This document shows, one piece after another, positions 1 to 13,314 of a DNA stretch of 64,000 bases. Under the pieces are notes generated by a model. It did no database searches and had not been told where the DNA came from. It saw only the letters and a program-made list of their open reading frames with translations. The position numbers and the translations under genes were made by a program. This DNA is from Cirrosporium novae-zelandiae (lineage: Eukaryota), in NCBI GenBank assembly GCA_026023565.1, contig JAPETS010000009.1:682001-746000 (forward strand). Direction: 5' to 3'. Positions within the stretch are counted from its first letter, which is position 1. The number at the start of each line of letters is the position of its first letter.

Positions 1-1746
1 ATGGGTATACCCTCATCCGTCCATTTAATAGTCTATCCATCATTATCAGTAGCAGTACCAGCAATACCAGCAGCAGTACCAGCAGCAACAAATAGCATCA
101 TCATCATCATCATCATCCTCATCATACCTCGGGGTTTAAGTGTCAAAGAGATAAGCTTCCATCCGGTTGCACTGTGATCCATTCCGGGCACATTTCTAGT
201 GCAGACCTCCGTCAGACTACCAGAAACCAAATCAAGCAAGGTTTCCACTCCACCACCGATAGTTTTCCAGCATCTTCAAATTCACTAACCAATCCAACCA
301 TTCACAGTCTATCAATGCTTTTTTTACTCGGATCAAAATCTCAACCTTCAAGATTCGATTTTGAAAGCGTTTGAAAATCAATTACCGAACACGGTTTGCT
401 AAGCACGCCGGGCTGCTCTCATGGTCCGAACACTGTAAAGTCCCAACTTTGTTACGCATTCTCATCTCGATGCGATACATTAATTCATCCAGAAGATCCG
501 ACAATAATTAATTATCCATTTAACTAGGCTCAGTCTGGGGCAATTCCAGCTGAGCTGTCAATATTGCTGATCTTCATTGATCTTTCCCCTTTTTACACCA
601 CTGGAATCCAAAAGAAGATCTTCTTACTTCCTCTCCATATGATGCCATTATTGATACCTTTGAGACCTGCACACAAGATTGCAAATACTTACGAACCCCC
701 AGCCCTGTCTGCAACATTTATGGCATGTCGCATGCACTCAAACATTTGGGACGGATTAGGATCAGACCATCGCTGCTAACAGACCGACATTGGCCATCCT
801 TCCATGAACAAACCCGAGTAGAACTCACCAGACCATTGTTTCATCATTCACCAAAAACTCGAAAAAGAACCAATTGAGACAGAACAACATATCCGAGGGA
901 GCTCTATCATTTCCTTTGGTCCATTCTCCTACATGCAGCTTAGCAATTTGTGGTTGGTTGGGGTTCACTGTTAAATCAAGAAATCCATCACTTATTTCAA
1001 CCAACTTATTTTGAACCGCAAACCGCCTTTGCTGCTGCAACGTGGTTTACTCTTCGCCATAATAACCAAACGAAGAAGTCGCTTGCTACAGTCCTTGCGC
1101 AAGCTTAGCTTCAGGAGGTCCAGGTCCTCCTGGTCTTTCTATCCAATCGGTCGCTGCCCCTAGAATATCATCCAAAAACTCACAATGCCCTGGTGTTTTA
1201 GATTCGTCATGAATACAACCGCTTCATTTTCCAGTAGTCAATGCAGTTGTATCTTCACCGATACTGCTCAGCCCACGACTCTAAACATCAACCCCTGGAT
1301 GACCCATCATGCTGACCGTATTCATGAAAGGAATCGTCTTGGAAGAGATCTGAAAGAGAAGAGAGTATCTAGTCTCGAGTTCTAAGTATTTGGCTTGTAG
1401 TTCTTTGGCTTTCGGTTGTGGTTTTTTCTTTCTTGCCCTTTAGAGACCTCAGAATACCATGTTAAACGTACAATGCAATATTTATGAAGTAAAGAAATAT
1501 GCATTCCCCAAAAGGGTCCTTCGTTTCATTTCGTCTAATCTATGCTCATAAGCACACTCTTGTATATAGTATTCCGTTATGACATGTCACATATGCAGAT
1601 CCACATACAGCCTTCAACCGTTTGCTACCAGGAGATCTTCAAGCAGAATGACGTGCCGAATACACAACTCATTGTGGGCCAGAATTGACTGTCAAACATG
1701 CCCGGAAGACCTCTTTGCAAAGGGATATTTGCTCACTGATTCTAGA

Positions 1747-4506
1747 TCATGCCGTGGCCCCATAACCTCTTTGAGCAATAGCCCTTGCCACGACACTCGC
1801 AAATCGTCCCACGAGATCATTATCCTGTTTTGCTGTCTCAATCGCCAACAAGATCCTCTTGATGCCAATACCTAGCTCTTCGCTTCCTGTCAAATCTCTA
1901 ATTTCCTGGATGCCCCTCTGGATATCCGGCTCTGAGAAAACGGTGGCATGCTTCATGACAAATTGAAGCTCTGCATGCGAACTCACATTCGGAACAGGAA
2001 TATCAGCGTCAAAGTTGGGGGCAAGGTCAAGTTGCTGGAGAACGGTCCTTTCGGTTGTCGTGGCGAGGATGAGGAGACGGCGACCCTTGGGTGGTTCTTT
2101 TCGCAGCAGGAGCATAAGTGCTTGGAGGACAGTGTTGGAAAACCGAGGGCCAATAGGGACCCAGTCGATTAGGCGTTCAATGTTATCAAGGACAACAACG
2201 GAAAGAGACGACTTGTATGCGTCCTCAAAGATTTTGTTTAGAGCTTGCACTTTGCTCAGCTCGCTGAAGCCTACCATGTTCTCCGGGCTTACAAGCTTAA
2301 TAAATGGATATTCCGACTTAATTCCTATCTTGGCCGCCAAGGCAGTCTTTCCACTACCAGGCGGGCCATGGAGCAGTACAGAAAATAGAGGGGTTGAATC
2401 CCGAACTTGGCTGACAAAAAGCTTTCCCTCGTCGAGAATGTTTTCGATGAAAGGTGAGAAGGGGATGATGCCACCGTGGAGACACTTTTCAAGCTCTTCC
2501 TCTGAGACTCCGAAGGCAGGTTTCACTTCCTCTAGTGCATTATAGAAGTCCTGGCGGTTAACTTTCATATTTTGGACGTCGTCGCTTATTCCGGCCATCG
2601 TTCCTAAGAGCAGGTTAGGATATTGATAATATGACTGCTTCGGGAGGCCTCCAACAGTCCCGAGCAACGATATTATTAAAGGGTTCAACATAGTACGTAC
2701 CAACTTTAACATGTCTATTAAATGCGAAACTCGTCGCACTTTTTACTAACCCGTTGATCTCGGCTCCCGAAAAATTCTTCGTCAATTTCGCGAGCTCTTC
2801 TAAGTCCACATCTACGTCCATCACGTTATTTTCTCTCATTTTCGAAGTATGGATCTTGAGAATCTGCTGTCGACCATGCTCATCAGGGAGGCTGATTTCC
2901 ATGTGACTATTGAGGTAGGAAAATTAGCTTGTCGCTATATAAATAAGGCGAAACTAAGTAGAGGAACTTACACCTCGAGACGGCCGGGCCGGAGTAATGC
3001 ATCATCTATCATGTCCTTTCGGTTTGTCATGCCAATCAGGAGTATATTATTGAGTTGGTCCACGCCATCGAGTTTAGAGAGGAGCTGATTGACGACAGAG
3101 TCGCCTACTCCAGTTCCTCCGCCAGCACCACTACCTCGCTGTTTACAAACGGCATCCAGCTCATCGAAGATTATGATGTGCAAGCCACTCTCCTCTCTGG
3201 AAAATTATTAGTGAAGGTATGACCATCTAGAAATGAAATACCAACCCTTTCTCTTTGTACTCCTTCTCCGCGTCCGCAAAGAGTTTCCTGATATTCTCTT
3301 CTGATTGACCTACAAACTTGTTAAGAACTTCAGGTCCGTTGATCACTTTGGGTTCGCGCGCATTTAACATTTTCCCGATTTGGCGAGCAATAAGCGTTTT
3401 CCCGGTTCCTGGAGGGCCATATAGTAGTATTCCTTTAACGTGCTGTATGCCAAGTTTTTCAACCAATCCAGGGGGGAAAATTCGGGATGCAAAAGCACGA
3501 CGGAATATGGCGCTAAATTCGGTATCTAGACCTCCAATTCCCATGTCCTCAAATTTGAAATTCGGTTGTATAATGGAGTTTGCAGCTGGGCGACGGGTAG
3601 AGGCTTTGAGGTTGATTCCTGTCCGGGCATCCTTGAAGAAGTTGATTTGCGTGTGCCTCATAAGGATGCCACGAGCCCTAGGATCAGAATGTGTAGGAGC
3701 AGAAGCGCTAGGTTTCTCCATCGATAAGTCCCCTAGTTGGACAGTCCGGACGACAAATAGAAGTTTAATGCTCTTCATGTCCATCAGGACCCTCTGTCCG
3801 GGTGCGAAGATATGATTCTCGTAGTTCTTTATGAAATATTTGGCGAGCTCATCTTGATCATAAGGGGCTTCTGTTGTTCTTCTTCCAGCAAATCCCACCT
3901 CAATGTCCATATTACTTAGATAGCTTTGCCCGCCAGCACTAAAAGGATCGTAGATTTCGACCTTGACGGTGTCGGTCAAAGCAACTTGAGCCCACGACCG
4001 TTGCGGATCAGACATACTTATTTGACCAGGGACGAAGCCATCATAGGGACGTGCAGTAAAAACATAAGTGTCATTGACAAGGAGGTAAAGATCCGAGCCA
4101 TCGGGGTTGGGAGGGATTTCTTGGGGTGAAACGGCGACGCTAGAAAAAACATTAGCATAAAGAAGATATCTATAGTTATGATATGCCAGCCTCACAGGTT
4201 GCCAAATGTGTATGTATCATCCGGACTTTTCGCTGGCCGGAGCTGCCAGGAACTCCCACCTCCGCCCCGCCCTGGAGGCGGCCGTCCACCAACAGGTTGT
4301 CTTTGAGGCATTCGCTGTTGGGGATGATAGTTATTTGGGGTTCCATGTGGATCATTCATCCCTCCCATTCTTGGATCCATCTCTGTCCTTGGTGGAGGAG
4401 CACCGTAGTTCGGATTGGAGTAACCGTCGCGGGGTGGCGGTCTAGGACTTTGACCAGGTCTGCCGCTGCCACCGAAAGGGTTAGGGACATTGTTGCGATT
4501 AAACAT
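1747..4506 (-). CDS. SEC18: Vesicle-fusing AAA+ ATPase NSF/Sec18 (~830 aa, 5 exons)
   Basis: Exons 4506-4196, 4139-3246, 3196-2972, 2906-2701, 2603-1747 join in frame across GT-AG introns. D1 Walker A GPPGTGKT, Walker [19 protein letters not shown]2 Walker [12 protein letters not shown]-typical [21 protein letters not shown]. Confidence 0.97.
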
Positions 4507-4986
4507 GATGGTAGAATAGAAAGAGTCCTGCTATATAGAGATAAATCGGAGTCAACGTGTCGTCAGATGGAAATGACGGGGCCTAGAATTTGACTGTTGA
4601 CCCTTGGTAGATGGGTGAGGGGAGGCTCAGCCAACTCGCAATAGAGGAACCTCTACTTCTTGGCTAAATTTGGTAATGATATGTTTCCTTTAAGCCAAAT
4701 TTGTTGAAGAGAAATTATTGATATGAGAATAATGTATTAAAGTACATTACTTTTAGTACATTAATACTGTACAAGTATAGGTCTCAATTTGGTGCCTGGC
4801 CCAAGAGTCTTTCTTTCGGCGAAGCTGTGACGCTGGGGTTCGGTAACTCTTTCCCCAGCACCGCCATTCTGTGATTCGCCAGCCCTATCAAAGCTACCCA
4901 TCTTCAACATCCTTTAAGACAAAGGCGCTTCAACTATCAGCCTCAATAAAAGAGTTCTATCGTGATATTTAATTAAAAAGGTTAAA

Positions 4987-6000
4987 ATGGTTCTGTAAGT
5001 ATATGGTATGTGAAAGTCTTTTCATAAGCTAATTATCTTTAGTCATCTACTGGGTAAAAAATCTTGGAACGTCTATAATTCCGATAACATCGCACGAGTT
5101 CGGCAAGATGAAGCTACCGCTAAAGCCAGAGAAGAGGAACAAGAGCGGCGTATGCAAGAAGATGATGCCGAACGACGAATGAACATACTTCGAGGCATTC
5201 CGGTCGACGCTCCTCGAGCACCAGTGGAAGAAGAGTCTACGGCTCCAAGCCGTCCTTCTGGCGGTAGAGAACGAAAGCGTCGTAGGATAGCTGGTGAAGA
5301 TGATACGGATCGGGACATACGTCTAGCCAAAGAAAATTCTGCTTTAATACCTGGAACATTACAAACTGCCCGAAAGTCTACAAGTGATGCGCCTCTGGTT
5401 GATGGCTCTGGTCATATAAACCTATTCCCACCTGAGCCCTCCAAGCGCAATGTCGAAAAGAACCCAGAGGCCGAAGCAGAAGCGCAGAAAAAGAAAAGAG
5501 AAAATGAAGATCAATATACTATGCGCTTTTCTAATGCTGCAGGCTTCAGGCAGAATTTAGCAAATCCCTGGTATGCTTCATCGATGGCGCACGACCAAGG
5601 TCTAGAGGAGCAACAGAGCAAAAACGTGTGGGGAAATGAAGATCCGGGGAGGAAAGAAAGAGCAAAGATGAGGTTGGATTCCAGCGATCCTTTCGCAATA
5701 ATGCAGCGAGGTGTCAAGGATTTAAGGAAGGTGGAGCAAGAAAAGCAGAAATGGAAGGAAGAAAAGGAAAGAGAGGTTGAGGAACTTATAGCTCAGGAAA
5801 GGCGGAAGAGGAGGCAACGCGATCATAAGGATGATGGGGATGATGTTGAAGATAGAAGTCTCACTCGTATTTTCAAGCATGGCCATGATAAAGAGAGGCG
5901 ATCTCGTCATCACAAACGGAGCGAGGATGAAAGGAGTCGGAGTAGGAATAGGCGTAGTTACCGTCACCACTATCACCATCGTCATCGTTCGTCGAGGTAA
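4987..6000 (+). CDS. Cir_N-domain / LENG1-like splicing-associated protein (~321 aa, 2 exons)
   Basis: ATG 4987, intron 4995-5042 (GTAAGT...GCTAAT...TAG) gives N-terminus MVLHLLGKKSWNVYNSDNIARVRQDE, typical of the CIR N-terminal/LENG1 family; charged body and Arg/His/Ser-rich tail. Confidence 0.8.
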
Positions 6001-6451
6001 TTGGGGGGAATTTATGGAGTAATCAACTAATATAATAACACCGAGAAAGCTATGATAATGCGATAGTCAAATAATAAACTTGTACTATCTCCTTACTAGA
6101 AACCCAAAGGTCTCTTTATAACCTAGGTACCTAGGTAGATACCTAAGGTATTACTCCTCTAGAATGCTCAAATACGATTGGAGAAATTTACGCGGAATAT
6201 GTTATCGCCTTAAATCCCGATAAGACGGGAGCTAAGCTGAACGTGTCTTAGTGTTGAAAGAAGGTAGAGAGGAAGATCAAAATTTCGTGTCTTCCTTTTA
6301 CTTCCGATCATCAGCAACGAAGAACAAATTTTTGCTCTTCTTCATACCTTTTTAATCTTGTGAATTGATTCTCCTCTCTTCTCACATCAAAGGCAAAAGT
6401 ATTGGGGTATTAGCTTATACTTCATTACTCTCTTATCGCCGCCTAGGCGCA

Positions 6452-8717
6452 ATGTTAAGTTCTTTTCGCAGAGGACCTGCAGCTGTTGCTCGCCTCCTCT
6501 CCCATGCCTCCCTTCAACAACCCTTAACTGCCTCTCCATTTCTTACCCGATCACTCCTTCAGGCAACATCAAAAGCTCTAGTTGCAAGGCGAGGCTTCCA
6601 TCAGTCTTGGCCATGGCTGGAACAAGCGGTTACGCAGAATGCTTTGGATGACTCTAGAGACTCGTCTATCAGTGAGCAGACTGCAAAACTTGGTCCTCCC
6701 AAACGGTTTGAAGAGCTTGGGACCCGAGGGTTGGTCAATCGAACTGTTGTGCGAACTTTGACCGATACGATGAAGCTAGACCAAATGACAGAAGTACAAA
6801 GCTTGACCATCAATGAAACACTCAAGGGTCTAGATGTGTAAGTGCTCCCTTTTACTAGGTCAATTGATTGTATAATCCTGATTGTTCTATAGCATAGCTC
6901 AAGCCAAAACTGGAACAGGAAAGACTTTAGCTTTCCTCATCCCTGTGCTTCAGAATATCATGGAGGACCCGAATCTACAGCGCCGAGCACGGTATGGTCC
7001 TCCACGAACATCGGCTTCTGATATTCGTGCATTGATTATATCCCCTACTCGAGAGCTTGCAGAACAAATTGCTGCTGAGGCCCGCCGACTAACAAAAGGG
7101 ACAAGTGTGGTAGTGCAGACAGGAGTGGGTGGGACCCAGAAACGGGCTCACTTACAAAGGATGCAACGAGAAGGATGTCATATCCTAGTTGGAACACCAG
7201 GCCGACTTAAGGACATCTTTTCCGATCCTTACTCTGGCGTCAAGGCACCCAAACTGAGCGCTCTGGTTCTTGATGAAGCTGACAGACTGCTTGAAGAAGG
7301 TTTTCAGGAAGAACTTGAAGATATTTACCAACTTCTACCCGATAAGCGGGAGGTTGATAGACAAACATTGATGTTCTCTGCTACCGTCCCTAGGGAGGTT
7401 ATGCATCTTGTACAAGGGACATTGAAGCCTGACTTCAAGTTCCTTCGTACCGTTCATGCTGGCGAAACTCCCACGCATCAACGAATACCTCAGAAGGTAG
7501 TCAACGTTGGTGGCTTAGAAAACAAATTCCCCACTCTCCTCGAACTGGTTCAACGTGAAGCTCAAAAATCGAATGAAGACCCGAAGACCCTTCCTTTCAA
7601 AGCGCTTGTTTTCTTCGGTACTACAAAAGATACGCACTTGGCATCGTCCATGTTCCAGAGGCTTCGCCTTCCCAACGCGGATCCCGATGACTTCCGTCCA
7701 ACTAGTCACCCTCTCGGTCCAATGCGCATTCTTGAAATCCATGGCGGTCTCACCCAAGCTCAACGGACTTTTGCTTCAGATACCTTCCGACGCGCAACAT
7801 CCGGTATCCTCTTCGCGTCTGATGTTGTAGCTAGAGGAATGGATTTTCCGAACGTCACTCATGTGATTCAGTGTGATCTTCCCCGAGACCATGACACCTA
7901 TGTTCACCGCATTGGCCGCACCGGTCGCAGTAACAAACCTGGTGAGGGTTGGCTCCTCGTCTCCGACCTCGAAGCACGTGAAACCACGTACAGACTTAAG
8001 GACATACCCTTGAAGCCTGATAATTCTCTCGTTCTTGGAAGTGTTGATATGACTCGGGACCAAGAACTTCCTACACCAGCTGCCAATATTTTGAGCATGG
8101 TTGGCACTGCCATGCAACGTATCCCTGAATTTGACAGATTGGCAGCCTACAAAGCTCAACTTGGCATCTTGCAATGGGTCCGTCCGAAAGCCCGACTTGT
8201 CAAAGTACTATCCGATCTAGCTAAATACTCGTATGGCTTCAAAGAGGCGCCTGCAATTAGCCCTAAGTTAGCCCAGAAGATGGGATTTTCCCGTGACACT
8301 GGCTTTAACATTGGCTCCGGTATGTCTATGGGCGGAGGCGGAGGCGGTGGTTTTGATAGCCAAAGCAATGATAGATTTGACCGCGGCAGATCCTGGGGCG
8401 ACAGGGATAGTAGAAGCGGTGGGTTTGGATATGGGGGACGTGATGGTGGTAGAGACAACAGGCGTGAGAAGTTTGGAAACGACCGATCCGGATTTGGGAG
8501 GCGTGATGGTAATAGATATGGGGACAGAAACTCTGGAGACAGGAACTTTGGAGACAAGTTCGGAGACAGAAATTTCGGAAACAAAAGGTTCGGAGACAAG
8601 AAGTTTGGAGACAAGAAGTTCGGAGACAGGGGAGAGGGTTTTGGCGGACGTAAACCACGATCTAATGGCGGTGGTGATTTTGGCAGGAAGTTCTCAAGAT
8701 GGGGCGACCGTGATTGA
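6452..8717 (+). CDS. MSS116: Mitochondrial DEAD-box RNA helicase, Mss116/CYT-19 type (~736 aa, 2 exons)
   Basis: Presequence-like start MLSSFRRG; intron 6838-6892; motifs MTEVQ, AKTGTGKT, PTRELA, TPGRL, DEAD, SAT, ARGMD, HRIGRTGR; Gly/Arg-rich C-terminal tail. Confidence 0.9.
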
Positions 8718-9944
8718 ATACTCAGAACCTGCAATTCGATAACAGATTCCCGGTCTGGATCATGCCTAGAAAATGGCTCATATTCAGTCTGACTCTTGGA
8801 CTGGGCTTCACGTCGGCGTTTTTGCGATCAAATTATTATTGACTACGCAGGGCTTAATTGCGTTGGGCTGGAAAGGGAAAAATAACGTGCTGATATGTTA
8901 CCGTGGTTGATAAGTAAGGATTCTGTTCTTATCTATTGTCTTACTCCCGGCGACGTGATGGTTTCTCTTGTTGTTCTTGTACGTTACTCCGCTTTTCTGA
9001 AGCGATCTCATATGTCGGGATCCAGTTACCCGGTTCATTCACGGCCAGCCGATTTGCATGTAGACTACTGGGAAATATGTATGTTGACGGAACTTTAAAG
9101 ATGTGGATTGACGGATAACGGGTGTTTATTTGTGTGAATATGATTTGAGGATAACAACTCCACTCCAATTGATATATTTCATAAGCGAAATTCACTGCGG
9201 CATCCAAAGCACCATTAACTAAGCATGGTTTACTGTTAATTACCCACCGAGGTACAGTACCTAAGGCAGTAGATATAAGTATATGAGGTCATCTCTTCAT
9301 CTCCACCATCCCCCAAAGATTATTTCCACGATATTTCCAGTAGTCACTCACGCGTCATGAGATATTCGCGCTTAGAATGCTGTCTTATCATCCCATGGCG
9401 CAGTGACAAGATTAAAAAATGTAATTATCAGACTTAATTAGTTTAATGGCCATGGTTCAACCTCAGAGAAGCTTCAGACGCTGGCTAGTTTCTAAGATTG
9501 AGGTTGTTTCTCCATTCAGGCTGTGGTCGATTTAGAGGTTCAGGGGGGGGGGGGGGGTAGTCCTCAGAGGTGAACAAAGCTTCTGGAGTTCTGCAAAGCA
9601 TCTAGTCTATCTCAGTTAAGATTTTCCCGTATAGCATTGTGTGAAGAAGAATAATTGGATAATTCATTGTTAAGCTTGTTAAGCTCAAATTGATTCTGGG
9701 GGGGGGGGCTCAGTAACCTTCTGATGGAGTGGAAGAGTTTTTCAAGTGACGCTATTTGGCGCTATTGTCAAGCTTACCCCTGAGCTAAAATTATGGAACC
9801 AATAAGCTTCGAAGTTTCTACAGGTCGTTAGATGAATCAAGAAAATCATATTCTCATATCCTTCATGTCTACTGGAGGGGAGAGATCCGAAAAAAGCGCC
9901 AGCGTGGTTGCCATGGCCCATGGCTCTCTTTACTCCAAGACCTC

Positions 9945-10020
9945 ATTTCCCATATCCCATTTCCCATGTCCCATTTCCCATGTCCCACTTCCCATTTCCC
10001 GTTTCCCGTTTCCCATTTCA
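9945..10020. repeat. Degenerate 7-bp tandem repeat (TTCCCAT) upstream of the SUN gene
   Basis: About 10 units of (T/A/G)TCCC(A/G)(T/C) visible directly. Confidence 0.8.
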
Positions 10021-10283
10021 GGTCCTTTAGGTCTTCCTTTTCCTCCTCAAGCTTTTTCTCACTGCTTCCCAAAGGTCTGCGCTTTTTTACCTCACCCACA
10101 GTCACTCGTTAGGATCAGGTGTCGGCGCAATCTTGTGTTATTATCTGACCCAAACCTATCTTTGAACACTACAACACTTTCGTTTCTGATTATTCTGATT
10201 CAATCCTTGTCAGTTAGCAGAAATACCCTGTCTTTGAAAAGCCCTTTGAGAAATTGAAAAGATTATTTGAATATCAGATCCCA

Positions 10284-11860
10284 ATGCGCGTCACTCATTT
10301 CTCGCAAGCAGCCGGCGCTGCTATTGTTGTGCTGGCTGCTATTGCCGAAGCCAAGCACAGCGGCCCTCATCAAGATGTTCTCCCAAAGAGACATTTGCAT
10401 CATCGACAGCCTGTTCCAGAAACACTATCGTTGAATGAAACTCTTGCGGCTGGAGGGGAACTGAAGAAGAGAGGACAATGTCCATTTCCCACTGATGCCG
10501 GTTTAGTCGCCGTTACTCCAGATGAAACCAATGGAGGGTGGGCGATGAGCCCAGATCAAGCATGCACACCAGGCACTTATTGCCCATATGCCTGTCCTCC
10601 TGGTCAGGTTGCCATGCAATGGAACCCCTTAGCAATAGCATACGTCTATCCTCTCTCCATGGTAAGTCCCATCACGTTCGAAGAAAGAATGGCCGTACTA
10701 ATTCTGCATAGGATGGTGGACTCTACTGCAATGATGATGGTGAAATGGAGAAGCCGTTTCCCGACCAGCCGTACTGCGTTGATGGCGCGGGCTCAGTTGG
10801 AGTAACTAACAAATGCGATGGCATAGTTGCATTCTGTCAGACTGTATTGCCCGGAAATGAGGCAATGCTTATTCCAACAACCATTGATGACTGGGCAGGG
10901 TTGGCTGTTCCTGACCCCAATTACTGGTTGTCAACTGCTGCTCAGTAAGTCCGCTGACTAATAGCCCCCTGAGGAACAATCTTTAACATGAACCACAGCT
11001 TCTATATAAACCCTCCCGGCACCACCGGTGACGAAGGATGCATCTGGGGCACATCTTCCGACCCCGTTGGGAATTGGGCTCCCTATGTTGCAGGAGCAAA
11101 TCAAGATTCCTCAGGAAATACCTTCATGAAACTCGGCTGGAACCCCATCTATCTTGAGAAAACTACACCATTCCGCGATGAAATGCCATCCTGGGGTGTC
11201 GAAATTTCTTGCGAAGGTGACGGTTGCAATGGCCTTCCATGTGCAATCGATCCCTCCACGAATGGTGTCAATGAAATGGAGGGTGATTCTAGCATTGGAG
11301 CCGGTGGCGCTGCCTTCTGCGTTGTTACTGTCCCCAAAGGCGTCACTGCAAACTACGTCGTCTTTGACGGCAGCGCATCGAGTTCCAGCAGCAGTTCCAA
11401 GAGCTCTTCATCCAAGGCCGCTAGCTCAACGTCGTCGTCCTCTTCCTCATCGTCCTCGCCGACTCCCACGCCCAGTCCGAGTAGTAGCTCACTCGTCCAA
11501 TCCAGCACCTCATCCAGCTGGTCTAGCACCTTTTCGTCTTCTTCATCGTTCTCTAGCTCATCCTCCTCTAGCAGCAGCTCCTCGCCCTCTTCTCTCCTCA
11601 CGACCGTCCGCTCCACAAAGGTAACGCCTGCCTCCTCCGCCCCAACGATCGCATACTCTCCGCATGTCTTCATGGAGAACTCAACTGTCATTCACACAAG
11701 TGGTGCTCGTGTTTCTGCAGGCCCATCCCCTACATCTAGTTCCGCTGACGCCGCCGCCACCACCACCGTGGCAGAATCAGAAAACTCGGCTAGCCAGACA
11801 GATAGAGGCAAGAGCATGTTTGCTCTAGGTGTTATTGCTGGGCTTGCGCTGTTCTTTTAA
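10284..11860 (+). CDS. SUN-family (GH132) cell-wall protein, Adg3/Sun2-like subgroup, probably GPI-anchored (~490 aa, 3 exons)
   Basis: Signal peptide; introns 10662-10711 and 10945-10998; motifs NGGWAMSPDQ, CPYACPPG, GGLYC, FCQTVLPGNE, YINPPG, GNWAPYVAGAN; Ser/Thr tail ending in hydrophobic MFALGVIAGLALFF. Confidence 0.9.
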
Positions 11861-13314
11861 ACATCGCATGGCAATTTCATGACCGATGGCTAGGGTTGGT
11901 ATTGGCTGGGGAAGTTGATCTATTTCATTTTGCTTTGCATTCTTGGGCTGGCATTTTATCTCTACATAATTTACTTTCATTAACGTTCCTTATGTTCCTC
12001 ATGCATTTTCGCCGAACTTGGCGCTTGATGTCTACATTACGCTCCTTGACATATCTTCTAATGGCCGGGCCGATATCTTCTTCCGTTATATTTTCATACT
12101 CGGCCCTCAGGGTGGTTGGCTTTGTACCTTTTAATTCCCTTCGTGATACCCCCTTTCTTTTGAATTGAAAGAACTATTCTAGCAGCTCGCTCAGGCGATG
12201 CGCTAATCCCCTCTTGAGGGGGAAACGGCTTGGATGATTGAGGATGGATTTGACTGGGTTGAATAAAGACCAGTTTTCTTTACGCTCCTTTACGACAACA
12301 TTTATACCTATCTTTTAACTTTTTGTACTTAATTTTCCTTTTCAACTCAAGGCTATATATTGTCTAGTGTTTATTGAAGTCCAGTGGCTCGTGCTGGGCG
12401 CCGTGTGAATTGGAAAAGCATGAGAGGCGAGGCTCTCTGGAGGGGAAGGGAGTGCTGTGGGTGTTACTTTGATGCTACTTTGGTGCTACTTTGGTTAGCT
12501 ACAAAAATTGCAATACTGATAACACCGTGATATCTTCCTTCAAGGTCTTGTAGACTATTTGCAAAAGGTTATAGGTATTGGTTGGTTGTAATTAATAGTG
12601 CTGGTTTCACAAGCGCAGTTTCCATTTCCAAACAAGCCATGATACCACCATCAAACCTATTGACATTCAAGAGAAAGTTAGAGAGATAATACTAGAAAAT
12701 ATACAACGTCGAACATGGACACAAACATAGTGGATGATACATGCCACCATCTGACCATTATCTTGGCAATTTAGGTAGAAGTTGAAATCAAGAAATGGTT
12801 TTTTTGGAATAATTAATAATGTGGAAGTCGGCGAAGATAGGGATCTCTCGCTAAACCCCATGGGAATCTTCGGAAATTACCTTTTGCTTTCTTTTTTCCT
12901 TTCCAATACCCCCCCCCTCTCGCTCCCCTCCCTTTTCCCCCCCTCTAACCCTCTAATCCTCTCCCCTTTTGCCGTGCGCCGTACCTACACAGTACTTTCT
13001 AAGCCTACGACTACGACGCGTTCACTCCCTCCCTTCCCCCCCCCCCCATCAAACTTGAAGTGGCCTGAAATGTTTGAAATGTCGCGTCTGGCTTTTTATT
13101 TCCTAAGCCAACCTCCTCTACTCTCCATAGTGTCTTCCTTTATTACTATTTTACTCTCTGTTTTTATTCATCGTGTATATTAACTTTATGTGTAAAATAC
13201 ACTGTGATTATTAAACAGAACATTATTTATTTTTTTTCACTCTACAGCTTTGCTTGTGTGTCACGCTTCACCTCAGGCTTCTTATCCTCGATTTAAATCT
13301 CTCTATACCTAAAA

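Noticed and set aside
2015..2545. 176-aa plus-strand ORF (and similar ORFs at 3318-3815, 8156-8734, 34911-35402, 50598-51092, 60329-60793)
   Set aside because: Antisense shadows of real genes, explained by codon bias; no independent motifs.
9543..9708. Poly-G runs as functional G-quadruplexes
   Set aside because: Homopolymer G/C runs are common throughout the intergenic DNA here; nothing singles these out.
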